The notes below the pieces were generated by a model, which saw only the letters and a list, made by a program, of their open reading frames with translations, searched no databases and was not told the DNA's origin. Below, one piece after another: positions 1 through 12,144 of a stretch of DNA of 64,000 nt (positions are counted from its first letter, which is position 1; every line of letters begins with the position of its first letter). The stretch comes from Chiloscyllium plagiosum (Eukaryota). Location: the NCBI RefSeq assembly GCF_004010195.1, contig NC_057719.1, forward strand, positions 12,034,002-12,098,001. Reading direction: 5' to 3'. The position numbers and the translations under genes are program-made.

Positions 1-44
1 GAAAAGGGACGTTTCGGGCAAAAGGCCTTCATCAGGAATGTAGG

Positions 45-1320
45 GTAGTCAACATGGATTTGTGCATATCTGACAAACTTGACAGCATTTTTTGAAGAAG
101 TAACAAAGAGGATTGATGAGGGCAGAGCTGTGGATGTGATCTATATGGACTTCAGTAAGACATTTGACAAGGTTCCCCATGGGAGACTGGTTAGCAAGGT
201 TAGATCTCATGGAATACAGGAAGAACTCGCCATTTGGATACGGAAATGGCTCAAAGGTGTAAGACAGAGGGTCGGGGTGGAGGGTTGTTTTTCAGACTGG
301 AGGCTTGTGACCAGTGAAGTGCCACAAGGATCGGTGCTGGGTCCACTACTTTTCATCATTTATATAAATGATTTGGATGTAAGCATAAGAAATATAGTTA
401 GTAAGTTTGCAGATGACACCAAAATTGGAAGTGTAGTGGACAGCGAAGAAGGTTACCTCAGATTACAACGGGATCTCGATCAGATGAGCAAGTGGGCTGA
501 GAAGTGGCAGATGGAGTTTAATTTAGATAAATGAGAGGTGCTGCATTTTGGAAAAGCAAATCTTAACAGGACTTTTACACTTAATGGTAAGATCCGAGGA
601 GAGGATAGAGACCTTGGAGTGCAGGTTCATAGCTCCTTGAAAGTGGAGTTGCAGGTTTATAGGGTGGTGAAGAAGGCGTTTGGTATGCTTTTCTTTATTG
701 GTCAGAGTACTGAGTACAGGAGTTGGGAAGTCATGTTGTGGCTGTGCAGGGCATTGGTTAGGCCAATTTTGGAATATTGCATGCAATTCTGGTCTCCTTC
801 CTATTGGAAGGATGTTATGAAACATGAAAGGGTTCAGAAAATGTTTACAAGGATGTTGACAGGGTTGGACAATTTGAGCTATAGAGAGAGGTTGAATAGG
901 TGAGGACTGTTTCCCCTGGAGCATCACAGGTTGAGGGGTGACTTTATAGAGGTTTATAAAATCATGAGGGGCATGGATAGGATAAATAGACAAAGTCTCT
1001 TCCCTGGGGTGAAGGAGTCCAGAACTAGAGAGCATAGGTTTAGGGTGGGAGGGGAAAGATACGAGAAAGATCAAAGGTGCAACCTTTTCTCGCAGAGGGT
1101 GGTACATGTACAGAATGAGCTGCCAGAGGAAGTGGTGGAGGTTAGTATGATTCCAACATTTAAAAGGCATCTGGATGGGATTATGAATAGGAAGGGCTTG
1201 GAGGGATTTGGGCCGGGTGCTGGCAGGTGCGACTAGATTGGATTGGGATATCTGGTCGGCGTGGATGAGTTGGACTAAAGGGTCTTTTTCCGTGCTGTAC
1301 ATCTCTCTGAACTCTATGAC
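45..1320 (+). mobile_element. CR1/HER1-type LINE, 5'-truncated, decayed RT and 3' tail
   Basis: MDFSKTFDKV, VPQGSVLGPLLF, KFADDTK; tail ...gctgtacatctct..actctatgactcta. Confidence 0.93.
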
Positions 1321-1578
1321 TCTACCTTTCAAGCCTCAAGTGATCAGCATTTAGACTCCTTTCACCACAACATTGTTCTCATTACAAATTGCTCAACCGG
1401 TTATGGGTTATGTTTCAGTGTATTGATGAGGCTTTATCGGGAATTCAGTGCACTATATTGGTCCTTATTCAAGAAAGGATATGTATGCATTGAAGTAGTT
1501 CAGACAAGATGTACTAAACTAAACTAGAATGAATGGGTTTTCTTAAGAGGAAATGTTAAATATGCTAGTCTTCTATCT

Positions 1579-2394
1579 AGGAGAAAGTGAGGACTGCAGA
1601 TGCTGGAGATCAGAGCTGAAAATGTGTTGCTGGAAAAGCACAGCAGGTCAGGCAGCATTCAAGGAACAGGAGAATCGACGTTTCGGGCATGAGCCCTTCT
1701 TCAAGAATGAGGAAAGTGTGTCCAGCAGGCTAAGATAAAAGGTAGGGAGGAGGGACTTGGGGGAGGGGCGTTGGAATTGCGATAGGTGGAGGGAGGTCAA
1801 GGTGAGGGTGATAGGCCGGAGTGGGGTGGGGGCGGAGAGGTCAGGNNNNNNNNNNNNNNNNNNNNNNNNNNNNNNNNNNNNNNNNNNNNNNNNNNNNNNN
1901 NNNNNNNNNNNNNNNNNNNNNNNNNNNNNNNNNNNNNNNNNNNNNNNNNNNNNNNTGCAGCGGATGCAGTAAATGATGTGTGTAGAGGTGCAGGTGAACT
2001 TGTGATCGATATGGAAGGATCCTTTTGGGCCTTGGAGGGAAGTGAGGGGGGGGGTGTGGGCGCAGGTTTTGCATTTCTTGCGGTTGCAGGGGAAGGTGCC
2101 GGGAGTGGAGGTTGGGTTGGTGGGGGGTGTGGACCTGACGAGGGAGTCACGGAGGGAGTGGTCTTTTCGGAACGCTGATAAGGGAGGGGAGGGAAATATA
2201 TCCCTGGTGGTGGGGTCCGTTTGAAGGTGGCGGAAATGTCGGCGGATGATACGCTGTACATGGAGGTTGGTGGGGTGGTAGGTGAGGACCAGTGGGGTTC
2301 TGTCCTCGTGGCGGTTGGAGGGGCGAGCCTCAAGGGCGGAGGAGCGGGAAGTGGAAGAGATGCGGTGGAGGGCATCGTCGACTACGTCTGGCGG
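1579..2394 (-). mobile_element. Penelope-like element 3' part with pLTR (contains N gap)
   Basis: Same sequence family as 14035-15105, 56320-57822 and 63795-64000; CpG-rich, so young; hammerhead motif at 1677-1705. Confidence 0.85.
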
Positions 2395-2779
2395 GAGTAC
2401 TAAGGTTCAAAAAAGTAAGAGGTGACGAGTGAGATATATACATCTTGAAGAGTCTCGATGAGAGATATGGAAAGTGCTTCCTGTTGTGGGAAAATTTATA
2501 ATTTGGAATCACTGCTTAGAATTAAGACAATGTTAAAGAGAGTACTTTTTCTTTGGGTGGTTTGTGAGTCATTGGAACTCTTCTCAAAACGCAGTGGTAG
2601 GGATGTTTATATTTTCAAGGTAGAAGTAAATAGATTCAAGATATTCTATGGTGTGAAAGATTTCTGGGAATCAATACAAATGTTGTGTAATCAAATTAAC
2701 CATTATCTTGTTAAATGACAGAGCAGGTTCACTTGGCCAAGTGGCCTATGCCTACTCCTAATTTGTATATTTGTATTTA

Positions 2780-3885
2780 GAATCATGGACCTATACAGAT
2801 GGAAACAGTCTGTTTGGTTCAACGTACCCATGCTGACCAGATATCTTAAACTGATCTAATCCCATTTGCTAGTATTTGGTCCATTTTCCTCCAAATCCTT
2901 CCTATTCATGTACCCATCCAGATGCCTTTTAAAATTGTAATTGTACCCACCTCCTTTGGCAGCTCATTCCATACATGATCCAACTTCCATGTGAAAAATT
3001 TGCCCTTCAAGGTCTTTTAAACTTTCCCCTCTCACCTTAAACCTGTGCCCTCTAGTTTTTAACTCCCCTATTCTGGGGAAAAGACCTTGACTGTTCACGT
3101 TATTCATGCCCCTCATGATTTTATAAACTTCTATATGGTCATCCCTCAGCCTCTGAGTCTCCAGGGAAAAAAGCCCAATGTATTCAGCCCCTCAATATAG
3201 CTCAAACCCTCCAATACCAGCAACAACCTTGTAAAACCTCTCTGAACAACATCTCTTCCATACCAGGGAAACCAGAATTTAATTTTAAAAGTGGCTTCAC
3301 AAATGTCCTGTACAGCCATAACATATCATCCCAACTCCTATACTCAATGCACTGACCAATGAATGCAATATGCCAAGTGCCTTCTTCACCACCCTGTCTA
3401 TTTGCAACTCCACTTTCAAGGAACTATGCATCTGTATTTCTCAGTCTCTTTGTTCAGCAACACTCCCTACGGCCTTATCATTAAGTGTATAAGTGCTTCC
3501 CTGATTTGCCTTTCCAAAATGCAGCACCTCACATTTACCTAAATGAAACTGCATCTGCTACTCCTTGTCCCATTGGTTCATCTGGTCAAGGTCCTGTTGC
3601 ACTCTGAGATAGCCTTCTTTGCTGACCACTACACAACCAATTTTGGTGTCATCTGCAAACTTACTGAACACCTCCGATATTCACATCCAAATCATTTAAA
3701 GAAATGGTGAAAATCAATGGAATTGGCAACGATTCTTTCGGCACACCACTGTTCACAGGCCTCCAGTTAAAAAAAAAATCCCTCTACCACCAACCTCTGT
3801 CTCCGACCTTTAAGCCAATTTTGTATCAAATTGGTTAGCTCTCTGAATTCCATGTGACTTAACCTTGCTAACCAGTCTACCATGC
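2780..3885 (-). mobile_element. CR1-type LINE fragment
   Basis: Reverse complement of the RT/3' region seen at 45-1320. Confidence 0.88.
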
Positions 3886-3973
3886 TGTTCTCAAGTTGGA
3901 GCAATACAAAATGTATTGTACTATAAGATTACAAACTAATAGGAGTCACTTAATTCATATAAGCAGGATTTCC

Positions 3974-3979
3974 TTTAAT
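3974..3979 (-). promoter_or_regulatory. Possible AK7 polyadenylation signal (ATTAAA)
   Basis: Variant PAS about 135 nt after the stop codon, in AT-rich unique sequence just before a CR1; not verified. Confidence 0.3.
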
Positions 3980-4113
3980 GGCACAAATTACATTTCCACT
4001 ACAACTAATTTTGCTAAAACACAATTTAAAAAGATAAAGTCTATCAAATATATCAAAACTGGTTTCTCATCTATATAATTTGGAGAAACAATTCAAAGTC
4101 TTCCACTTTCTCT

Positions 4114-4152
4114 TCATTCAACTTGTGGATTATGCTTGAACAGGTATTCAGC
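4114..4152 (-). CDS. AK7: AK7 last coding exon (AEYLFKHNPQVE*)
   Basis: ttttaag acceptor, phase 0, TGA at 4114-4116; matches the recalled vertebrate AK7 C-terminus AEYLFKNNP. Confidence 0.92.
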   Translation of the reverse strand, partial: AEYLFKHNPQVE

Positions 4153-4520
4153 CTTAAAAATTAAAAAAAAACATTTTAATATATTATTATGATTTGTCAA
4201 TTCTGGATTAGGATAACAGAGTTAGAATATGCAGGTGTATAAGGGAGACACAACTTAATTAGGACAATGGTAACCTCTTTCTAATCGTATGATTATCAGA
4301 GTATTAGTTCTGAAAAATATTAGATAATCAATGATAATTGTTTGACTAGAATTCCAGGTGCCTACATTTCTTTTCTGAGAGAAATCAACAGAGTACTACT
4401 GACTCCTGTGATGCCATGCATATTTCTTCAGCAGAAGAGGCTAAAATGTTAATATTCCCTGAAGCATGGGAATAAAGATGTTGGGTACTAAATCTGATGT
4501 GATTTATTTGCTTCATAGCT

Positions 4521-4829
4521 CTATCTTCTGAAGAAGGGTTACACCTGAAACATTGACTTCTCCTCCTCGTAATGCTGCCTGGCTTGCTGTGTTCTTCCAA
4601 CCTCCTGCTTGTCTATCTTGGATTCCAGCATCTGCAGCTTTTGATCTCTAATTAAGTTTGTACCACTGCGAAGCCTCGTCAAAGGATGCTTATTTTGAAG
4701 AAGTTCTCTACCTCCATCAGATGTGAATCCTGAAGAAAGGTTACAGCCGAAACAGTGAAACTCTCCACCTCCTGATGCTGCCTGGCTTTCTGTGTTCTTC
4801 TAGCATCCTGCTTGTCTACCTATCTTCTC
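4521..4829 (+). mobile_element. Two tandem short PLE pLTR units, each starting with a hammerhead motif
   Basis: ctgaagaagggttacacctgaaac (4528) and ctgaagaaaggttacagccgaaac (4730), each followed by the same tgctgcctggctt..gtgttctt..gtcta body. Confidence 0.75.
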
Positions 4830-4861
4830 TCATAGCTATTTAATTAGTCACAGTTATGTAA

Positions 4862-5416
4862 CTTTCTCCCTCTCACACACACAGGCTCTCTTGCTCTCTC
4901 TCTCTCTCTCTCTCCCTCTCTCTCTCCACATATGCACAAACATAAGTCTATGGAGTGAATTTGCATTTACAGAATTGTATTTGCAGATACATTCTATTTT
5001 GTTCAGAAAGTACACAATCTGTAGGTAGTCAATCCGTATGGCATTTTATAAATTCCTACTTTGGAAACAGAACCAGTCTTACTCAAGATTGGAATATATA
5101 CAGACTCTAACCTCACACCTTTAATGCACTGCCTGAGCTGAGATGTCACTTTTTTTAGAAAACCTTAAATTATCTCAGGAATTTGATTTGAAAGAAGTTC
5201 TGAGATTTACGTATTAATGAATCAAAACCTGCAACCTAATTTAAAAGATGAAAGACTTAACAGGAATTTAGGTTTGTTCAATATATTGCACCAGTAATGT
5301 TTTGCTATAAATTCTGTGTCCTATGAACATAGCTACCTGACAAAGGAGCAGTGCTCCAAAAGCTTGTACTTCCAAATAAACCTGTTAAACTTTAATTTGG
5401 TATTGTGTGATTTTTA
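4862..5416 (+). mobile_element. PLE-like 3' fragment with degenerate hammerhead and 12-bp TSD
   Basis: Flanked by ACAGTTATGTAA (4850-4861, 5417-5428); ctgacaaaggagcagtgctccaaaagct at 5337; related tails at about 27050-27130 and 45202-45235. Confidence 0.7.
4893..4926. repeat. (CT)n microsatellite
   Basis: Direct reading. Confidence 0.85.
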
Positions 5417-5630
5417 ACAGTTATGTAAGATATTGAATTGTTAGAAAACTGGTCATTTCACCCCCACACTGATCATGGCCATGCGCAGTATTGTTTACCA
5501 TAAGTGCAAAGTCCTCACAGCTCAATACTCTGCATGGATGAGTCACTGTTGGTTTGTGTTCTAATAGAGGAGAGTAATGAACAAGTTTAAGGGGGTCGTG
5601 GCACGGGAATCACTATTTTGTTTCACTTAC

Positions 5631-5789
5631 CAAGAAGTCAACTGGATCACTGGGCCTGATTTTGCAGCACTCAATCAGTCCCTTGGTTAGTGTTGGCATG
5701 ACATTCTGCATTAAATAATTTCGTAATGGGACTGAATGGGCTTCAAGAAATTCCTGTTCTTGTCTCTTTACCTCCTCCAGGCGCTTGCT
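5631..5789 (-). CDS. AK7: AK7 exon, DPY-30-like motif ([53 protein letters not shown])
   Basis: tacag acceptor, gtaagt donor, 159 nt open frame; PLRNYLM..VMPTL..GL.ECC..RP.DPVDFL motif. Confidence 0.96.
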
Positions 5790-7544
5790 CTGTATAAAAA
5801 TTCAAATATATTAACTTTTCAACATACACAAAGAGGTCATGGATCTAACCCATTTAATCCATCTGATTCACTAATGCCCTTTAGGGAAGGAAACCTTCTG
5901 TCTTTAACCAGTCTAGCCTAAAACTGACTGCAGAACCACAGCAATATTGTTGCCTGGCTTTCTGAAATGGGTTAGCAAGCCACTCAATTTACAGGAAATT
6001 AGGAATAGGCAACAAATGTGGGCGTTCATACCAACATGCCTTATCTTAAAAGAATAAAGAAAGGAAATGTGGATGGAGCAGAAAGGCAAAGTGGGTATAA
6101 AAGATCAGCCACAGTCAAAGTAAACAGAAGAAATCCCTCAAAAGGCCAAAGGTCCGTTCCTGCTCCATTTCTAATGTTCTTAATTATAAACACACATACA
6201 CAACTTTGTGCTGTTGAAAAAAAATACATAGAGACATACAGCATAGAAACAGATCCTCCGGTCCAACTCATCCACACTGACCAGACATCCCAACTGGCCT
6301 TGTCCCATTTGGCAGCATTTGGCCCATATCTCTCTAAATCCTTCTTTTTCGTATATCCATCCAGATGTTTTTTAAGTGTTGGAATTGCACCTACTTTGTC
6401 AAAGCTTTTACTCTTGTGCTCATTGAGCTAATTCATAAGAATACCAGAGATATCAGTGTAAGGGGAATAAACCATCTAGACTGTATGAGGACAGTGCTGA
6501 TTAGTTGCAGATGGCTTGGTAGAGATATTGCAATGGGCAATGCACCAAATAGATGATGACTAACAGTTAACTGCCAAGTTTGTTTAATATTTAACTTACT
6601 TAGGTTGACTCTGGTCAAGACATTGCCCTGAGAAACTTACCAGAGAATGTTGTTACCTATTAGACACAGTTTATTTACATGTCTGTAAAGAACAGAATGG
6701 AGTGTAAGGTTATTTGTAGCATCCAAAAATGTGCAGGTTGGTGAATTAGCCATGGGAAATGCAGGGTTACAGGGATGAGAGGAGGTTTGGGTGGGATGCT
6801 CTTCAATGGGCCAAATGGCCTACTTCCGCACTGTAGGGGTTCTATAATACCTATGTGTGTGGATGTGCCATACTGCAAGTGCAACTGACTCATTTGTGTT
6901 ATAGGCAGACCATTCTTCTGGCTTGCCAGCAGCATCCTATTAGCCTTCCAGAGTAAGCCAAGGTAGAGTGGCACTTGAAGTAATGACTACTCTGATCAGG
7001 TCATATCTCACTGTATATTGCACAAACTCATAAATAGGCCATAAGCCAAAGACCCGCGCAGAACCTGAGAAGTGCAAAATAATAAGGAAGAAATACTGAA
7101 GAATCAGATTTTGACTCTGAAGCTTCTGAGATCACTAAGTTCAGTTTTCATTCAAATATGAAGGATGTAGTCATTATGTTTGATCATGATTTGTGAATGT
7201 AAAAAATGAATTGAATTACATGATAGCTATATTTGCTCATTAGGCACAACAAAACTTGTAAAAATAAAAGGAAATATGTCAAATGCTGGTAAACTGGAAT
7301 AAGAACACAACTGCTGAACTTACATGGCGTCAGCATTTCTAAAAAGTACGGAGTGTAACATTCTTGGCAGATACCTTTCAAGGGAGCAGTTTGTTAATAT
7401 ACTGTTTTAAAAGCAGCACTGAAAAGATTTTATTTGAAAATGAGAAAATACTTACATTAGAGATGTGAGACATATTAGCTTTAGATACCAATTCTAGTCT
7501 GTTGGGGATAGTAATGCAAGACATTAATACGAATATGTTATGCA

Positions 7545-7778
7545 ATGATTAGAATGAGGTCAGTCAAGTGGAGGTCATAGAATATGAGCTCCCTAACTGG
7601 GGCTGTTAATCTGGTCCAATCTGGGAGTCCTGGCTGACAGCTCTAGACAGGAGTGTCAGAGGTTCTATCATTCTGAGAGCTGGCACCTAAGGAAGCTGGA
7701 TCAGTGTCAAGGACTTTCATAGTGTAAATAAAGGGTGACTTGGTGATGGGATACTGGCCTCTATGGTGTTTTCTTTCA
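7545..7778 (+). mobile_element. Solo LTR (Gypsy-associated family)
   Basis: Homologous to 59042-59272 and, reverse-complemented, to 42448-42580 that abuts the Gypsy pol remnant; ccaat, aataaa, ends ...tttca. Confidence 0.7.
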
Positions 7779-8319
7779 TGTTACTTATTACAGAGTGAAA
7801 AGTATATGAGAAATCAATCAAAGTAAATTGTGTAAGTAAATGTCAAATTATGGAACTGGACTAGTAGATGTAATTTGGAGGTTAATAATTATGAATGATG
7901 TTATTAACTGTTTTGATTGTCAGAACCAAAAGATTTGTTTATTTAAATATCAAGTGGATAACAAAAACCTGAAGGCAGGGAGAATTCTACACAGGATAGT
8001 CCTCATGAATTTCAGCCTGGTAGCTGTTAGTAGGACATAAAGGCATAGAGAGAAACTTTACCCATTGTAACATAAATATCAGCAGTTATGGATCTGCTGA
8101 CATCGTTTGTTCTTTATTAAAGAGATGGCACTGTAGCTGATCAATTTACCTTCATAGTTGGAGAAAAGCAAAACGTAGAAAGATAGCTTCTGACAGTGAT
8201 CAAATGGCATATTTTGATGCCCAGTTATATTTTTTCTGAGTATCACGGGCTACTGCGGATATTGGGTCTTATCTGAACTTGCAGTATGTTCCGTTTGTGA
8301 ATACATTTCCCCCACTTAC

Positions 8320-8540
8320 CCATTCCTCCCAGCGTGCCATTTTTTCTGCAGCTTCCTCTGCTTCCCTTCGTTCTCGCTCTGCAACTTCAGCAGCCTCTCT
8401 GGCCAGGCGCTCATCTGCCTGTCTGCGTTGTAGTTCTTTCAGCTCCTCAGGCGTTGGCCCATAGTTCTTAGCAGATCCCACGATTTTAATAATATCATCA
8501 ATGACTGGAGTGTTTTCAGCATCATTGTCTTGAGAAACAT
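8320..8540 (-). CDS. AK7: AK7 exon, coiled coil (DVSQDNDAENT...KNYGPTPEELKEL...EKMARWEEW)
   Basis: tttcag acceptor, gtaagt donor, 221 nt, phase 1 to 0; overlaps ORF 8269..8481. Confidence 0.95.
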
Positions 8541-8695
8541 CTGAAAGGAACAGTTATAGGCTGCACTTCAAGTTTTCTTGTACATTCACTGTAATCCTCA
8601 ACACAGTTGAAAATTTCTGTGTTGGAAATTGCATTTCAAATGCATATAGCTGGCTAAAATGACTTCTGCATTACATGTCTTTCCTTTATTTCATG

Positions 8696-9379
8696 TGTTA
8701 CAATACAGGGTTAACTCCTCTGCTAATTTAAACCCAACACACATAAAAGATTCACCCCGTGCTATAATTTGTGAAAATTCGAGAGGTAAAGAACTATCCC
8801 AAAGGTTACTATTTAAAATAAAAGTTAACAATTTTAACTAACAAACAACTATTTACAACTCATTTATCTAAACCTATCTTTTACCTTTCCTTCTACAATA
8901 CTGGTCCAATAAAACCCCCGATTAAGATTTACTGAAAAATTCTAATTCCATAACCAGCCAGCTGTCGAATCTTTTCTTGGTTTCTTCCTCTGTAAATTTA
9001 CTCTCCAGGTCGGTGTCGATCTTTGTTCCTGTGCAAACTCCTTCTCCAGGTACCTGTCAGAGAGTTCTTGCCAGCAGCCTACATTGGTTGGTCTTTTAGA
9101 AGTCCTGCCCCAACTGTTCAATTTTTCCCGGTCTTATACGCCAAAGCATTGGATCGTTTCATTGTTTTAATATTGTCAAAATATCAAATTCAAACTTGAT
9201 TGGAGTTTAGTATCTTGGGGCATAATTTAAACTGATTGGCCAAATTTGAATTTGTTTTGTCTCAGAGCAACTCCTAGCTGCTGAACCAAATGTTACATTG
9301 TAAATTCTCCAGCACTCTGTGTGCTTGCTAAGTCCTTCAACTCTCTTAAAGGTACACTACCCCTTACACCTTCATAACA
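8696..9379. mobile_element. Solo LTR, 684 bp
   Basis: TGTTA...TAACA termini with 4-bp TSD CATG (8692-8695, 9380-9383). Confidence 0.75.
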
Positions 9380-9939
9380 CATGTTCTTAATTACATGCCT
9401 TTAAACATTTGGTTGTTGGTATCACATCTGTATTCATAAACTTTATCACTTATTCATATTTTACCTATATTTTGTCAGTCCTATCAATAGACACCACTAC
9501 TGACCATAAAACTCAGGCTATTAATCTACATTTCTTTTTCTTTGTGACACTGACGAACCTTCTGTATATTTCTAGCATTTAAGTGTCTTATTTCAGATTT
9601 TTGATACTCACTGGTTTATTTTAAACAGAGATCACACTCTAATTAGATACATCCTTTGTCATGGAAATCACTAGTTATAATTCTATCAGAGCTAAAAGTA
9701 AAACATATATTAAAATGGGCAAATATATTTAAGAAATAAATGCAAAAGCATCCAAGATTTTCCATACACATTGTATCTTTACAGACAGGACTGAAGACAG
9801 CTGAGATACTTCTCCTTTGGGAGGGAGAGAAGGAAAATCAAAGAAAGTCCTCTCGAGTGACGGAGTTTAAAAAATGCATTCATATAGTGTTCTTCACAAC
9901 ATCAGGACATGTGATTTCACTACTTATGAAGAACATTAT

Positions 9940-10242
9940 TTTTAGATTTAGATTCCCTACAGTGTGGAAACAGGCCATTCGGCCCAATCAGTCCACACTG
10001 ACCCTCCGAAGAGTAACCTACCCAGACCCATTTCTCTCTGACTAATGCACCTAACACTATGGACAATTTAGCATGGCCAATTCACCTGACCTACACATCT
10101 TTGGACTGTGGGAAGAAACCAGAGCACCCAGACATGGGGAGAATGTGCAAACTCCATACAGACAGTCACCCAAGGCTGGAATCGAACCTGGGACCCTGGT
10201 GCTGTGAGGCAGCAGTGCTAACCACTGAGCCACCGTGCCGTC
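9940..10242 (-). mobile_element. HE1/V-SINE-type tRNA-derived SINE
   Basis: tRNA-like head ggcacggtggctcagtggttagcactgctgcctcacagc, B-box ggttcgattcc, V-core gtctgt.tggagtttgcacattctcccc. Confidence 0.9.
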
Positions 10243-10701
10243 CAGATTGTTGATATGCTTATCTACCTCTTTAAAATAACTCCCCCACTGCAATTTGACT
10301 TGTTCAATTAATAGCCTGGTTATTCATAGCACATATCATGATCTAATTGGATGGTATAACAGGCTCAATGGTCCATAGCAGTTCCTATTTTCCTGTCAAC
10401 TGTGAGCTTGGAAATTCCTTGTTAGTATACTGGTTATTATCCCCACTATCATGGAGGAGACTAGAGTTTAATCCGCTGAAGGGGAGTGGCTGATCTTTGT
10501 GTGATGGACTTTCCGTAAATAAGGGTTTCTTTTTGGGTGCTTGTGGCACATCAGTAGAGTCCCTGCATCTGAGCAAGAGGTCTGAGTTCAAGTCCCACCT
10601 CTTCCAGATGCGTAATAACATCACTGAACAGGTTGATTAGAAAATATAAAATATATCCTTGAATTTAAAATGAGTAATTCTAAGTGAGACCCTCCTGTGC
10701 T

Positions 10702-10942
10702 AAAAGTTGAGAATGTGATGCTGGCAAAGCACAGCATGTCAGGCAGCATCTGAGGAGTAGGAGAATCGATGTTTCAGGCATAAGCCCTTCATTAGGAATA
10801 GGCTCAAATCCAAAACCTACCTACCACAAATCTAAAATCTCCAGAAACAGTTACTCCTACTCCTTGGATGCTGATCTGCTGTGCTTTTCCAGCACCACAC
10901 TCTCGACTCTGATCGCCAGCATCTGCAGTCCTCATTTTCTCT
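10702..10942. mobile_element. Inverted pair of PLE pLTR fragments
   Basis: Minus unit with degenerate hammerhead (10767-10797), about 55 bp spacer, plus unit ending ctgcagtcctcattttct. Confidence 0.7.
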
Positions 10943-11931
10943 TAATCATTTTAAAAATACAACAACGTTTTGAACAGTTAACATCCACTCCTGGACTAGT
11001 ACTAAAAAAGATGGGAAGTTAAATCATGCAAAATGTCAAATAGCTACAGTCACAAGGCAGCAAACCATGGGTCCCAGGTGTGACACAGAGCTGCAAGTTG
11101 GTTGGCAAGAAAGTCTTGATGGCTGGTAGCAGGAGAAGCTTGAAATAGATAGAAAAAAAGGGCAGGGGGAAGAGCATAAGTGGAAGGACAAAATCTATGA
11201 GTGTAGAAGTGAGTGTTTTGTATGGGAAAAACATCAATGTTTGTTATCTCCCTTTAATACTTTGCAGGGCTTGTTTGTGTATGCGGAAATGTAGAGATCA
11301 TTAAAGTTTGCTATAGAAGACTTAGAGTCTAGAAAATGGGTAAGTTCGAGTAAAACAAACAGCATATTTTATCTGGGACCACATCCTGAAGTCCTCAAGA
11401 GGGCTTATAAATGTTGAAATCTACACCTTCACTTGTCCAGCTGTCTGGCTTGCTCTGTTCTTCCAGCCTCCTGTTTGTCTACCTTGGAATTCAGCATCTG
11501 CAGTCTTTTTTTTATCTCTAACCACATCATTCCAAGCTAAGACATTTTACTTGGTGGCTACATGGAGAATGATTAATATCAACCACAACTGAAGAGAAAA
11601 TATTCTAATATTTCCTGTAAATGATATCATGATTTGGTTTATTCAACACATTGGTACCATAAACTGTAGGTAAAAAGAATACAAGGCAATACATTTTAAA
11701 CATTTGTCTGCATCTTTGTCTTATGATTGCTCCACCAGAGGTGGCATTTAAATGAAAAGGAAGACAGGCTATCTTCATTCAATGCTCACCATATTCATTT
11801 GTTTTTCCCCAATGTTTAATAATGCTAACTTTCAGCAAAGGTTAAGTTAAAAAAAAGGAAATGATATAGGGCAAATTTCTGGGCATTTACTCCCTGAATT
11901 TAGGCAGTATCATGCTTCAAAGAAGACAAGG

Positions 11932-12144
11932 TAAAAACAATGACTGCAGATGCTGGAAACCAGATTCTGGATCAGTGGTGCTGAAAAAGCACAGCAGTTC
12001 AGGCAGCATCCGAGGAGCAGGAAAATCAACGTTTCGGGCAAAAGCCCTTCATCAGGAATAGATGAAGGGTTTTTGCCAGAAACATTGATTTTCCTGTTCC
12101 TCGGATGCTGCCTGAACTGCTGTGCTTTTCCAGCACCACTCTAA
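11932..12144. mobile_element. Palindromic hammerhead-bearing PLE mini-element with 16-bp TSD
   Basis: Inverted arms centred near 12058; TTCAAAGAAGACAAGG at 11916-11931 and 12145-12160. Confidence 0.85.
12025..12059 (-). ncRNA. Minimal type-I hammerhead ribozyme motif
   Basis: Minus strand attc-CTGATGA-A-GGGC-tttt-GCCC-GAAAC-GTT-gat; core intact. Confidence 0.7.

Noticed and set aside
523..1332. 269-aa minus-strand ORF and similar ORFs (52783..53364, 39954..40568)
   Set aside because: Antisense shadows of CR1 or Penelope coding sequence
1846..1955. N runs here and at 61911-62330
   Set aside because: Assembly gaps within young repeats, not biological features
1797..2375. Pro/Ser/Thr-rich ORFs here and at 14000-14756 and 56273-56896
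   Set aside because: Off-frame translations of C-rich Penelope sequence, partly spanning N gaps
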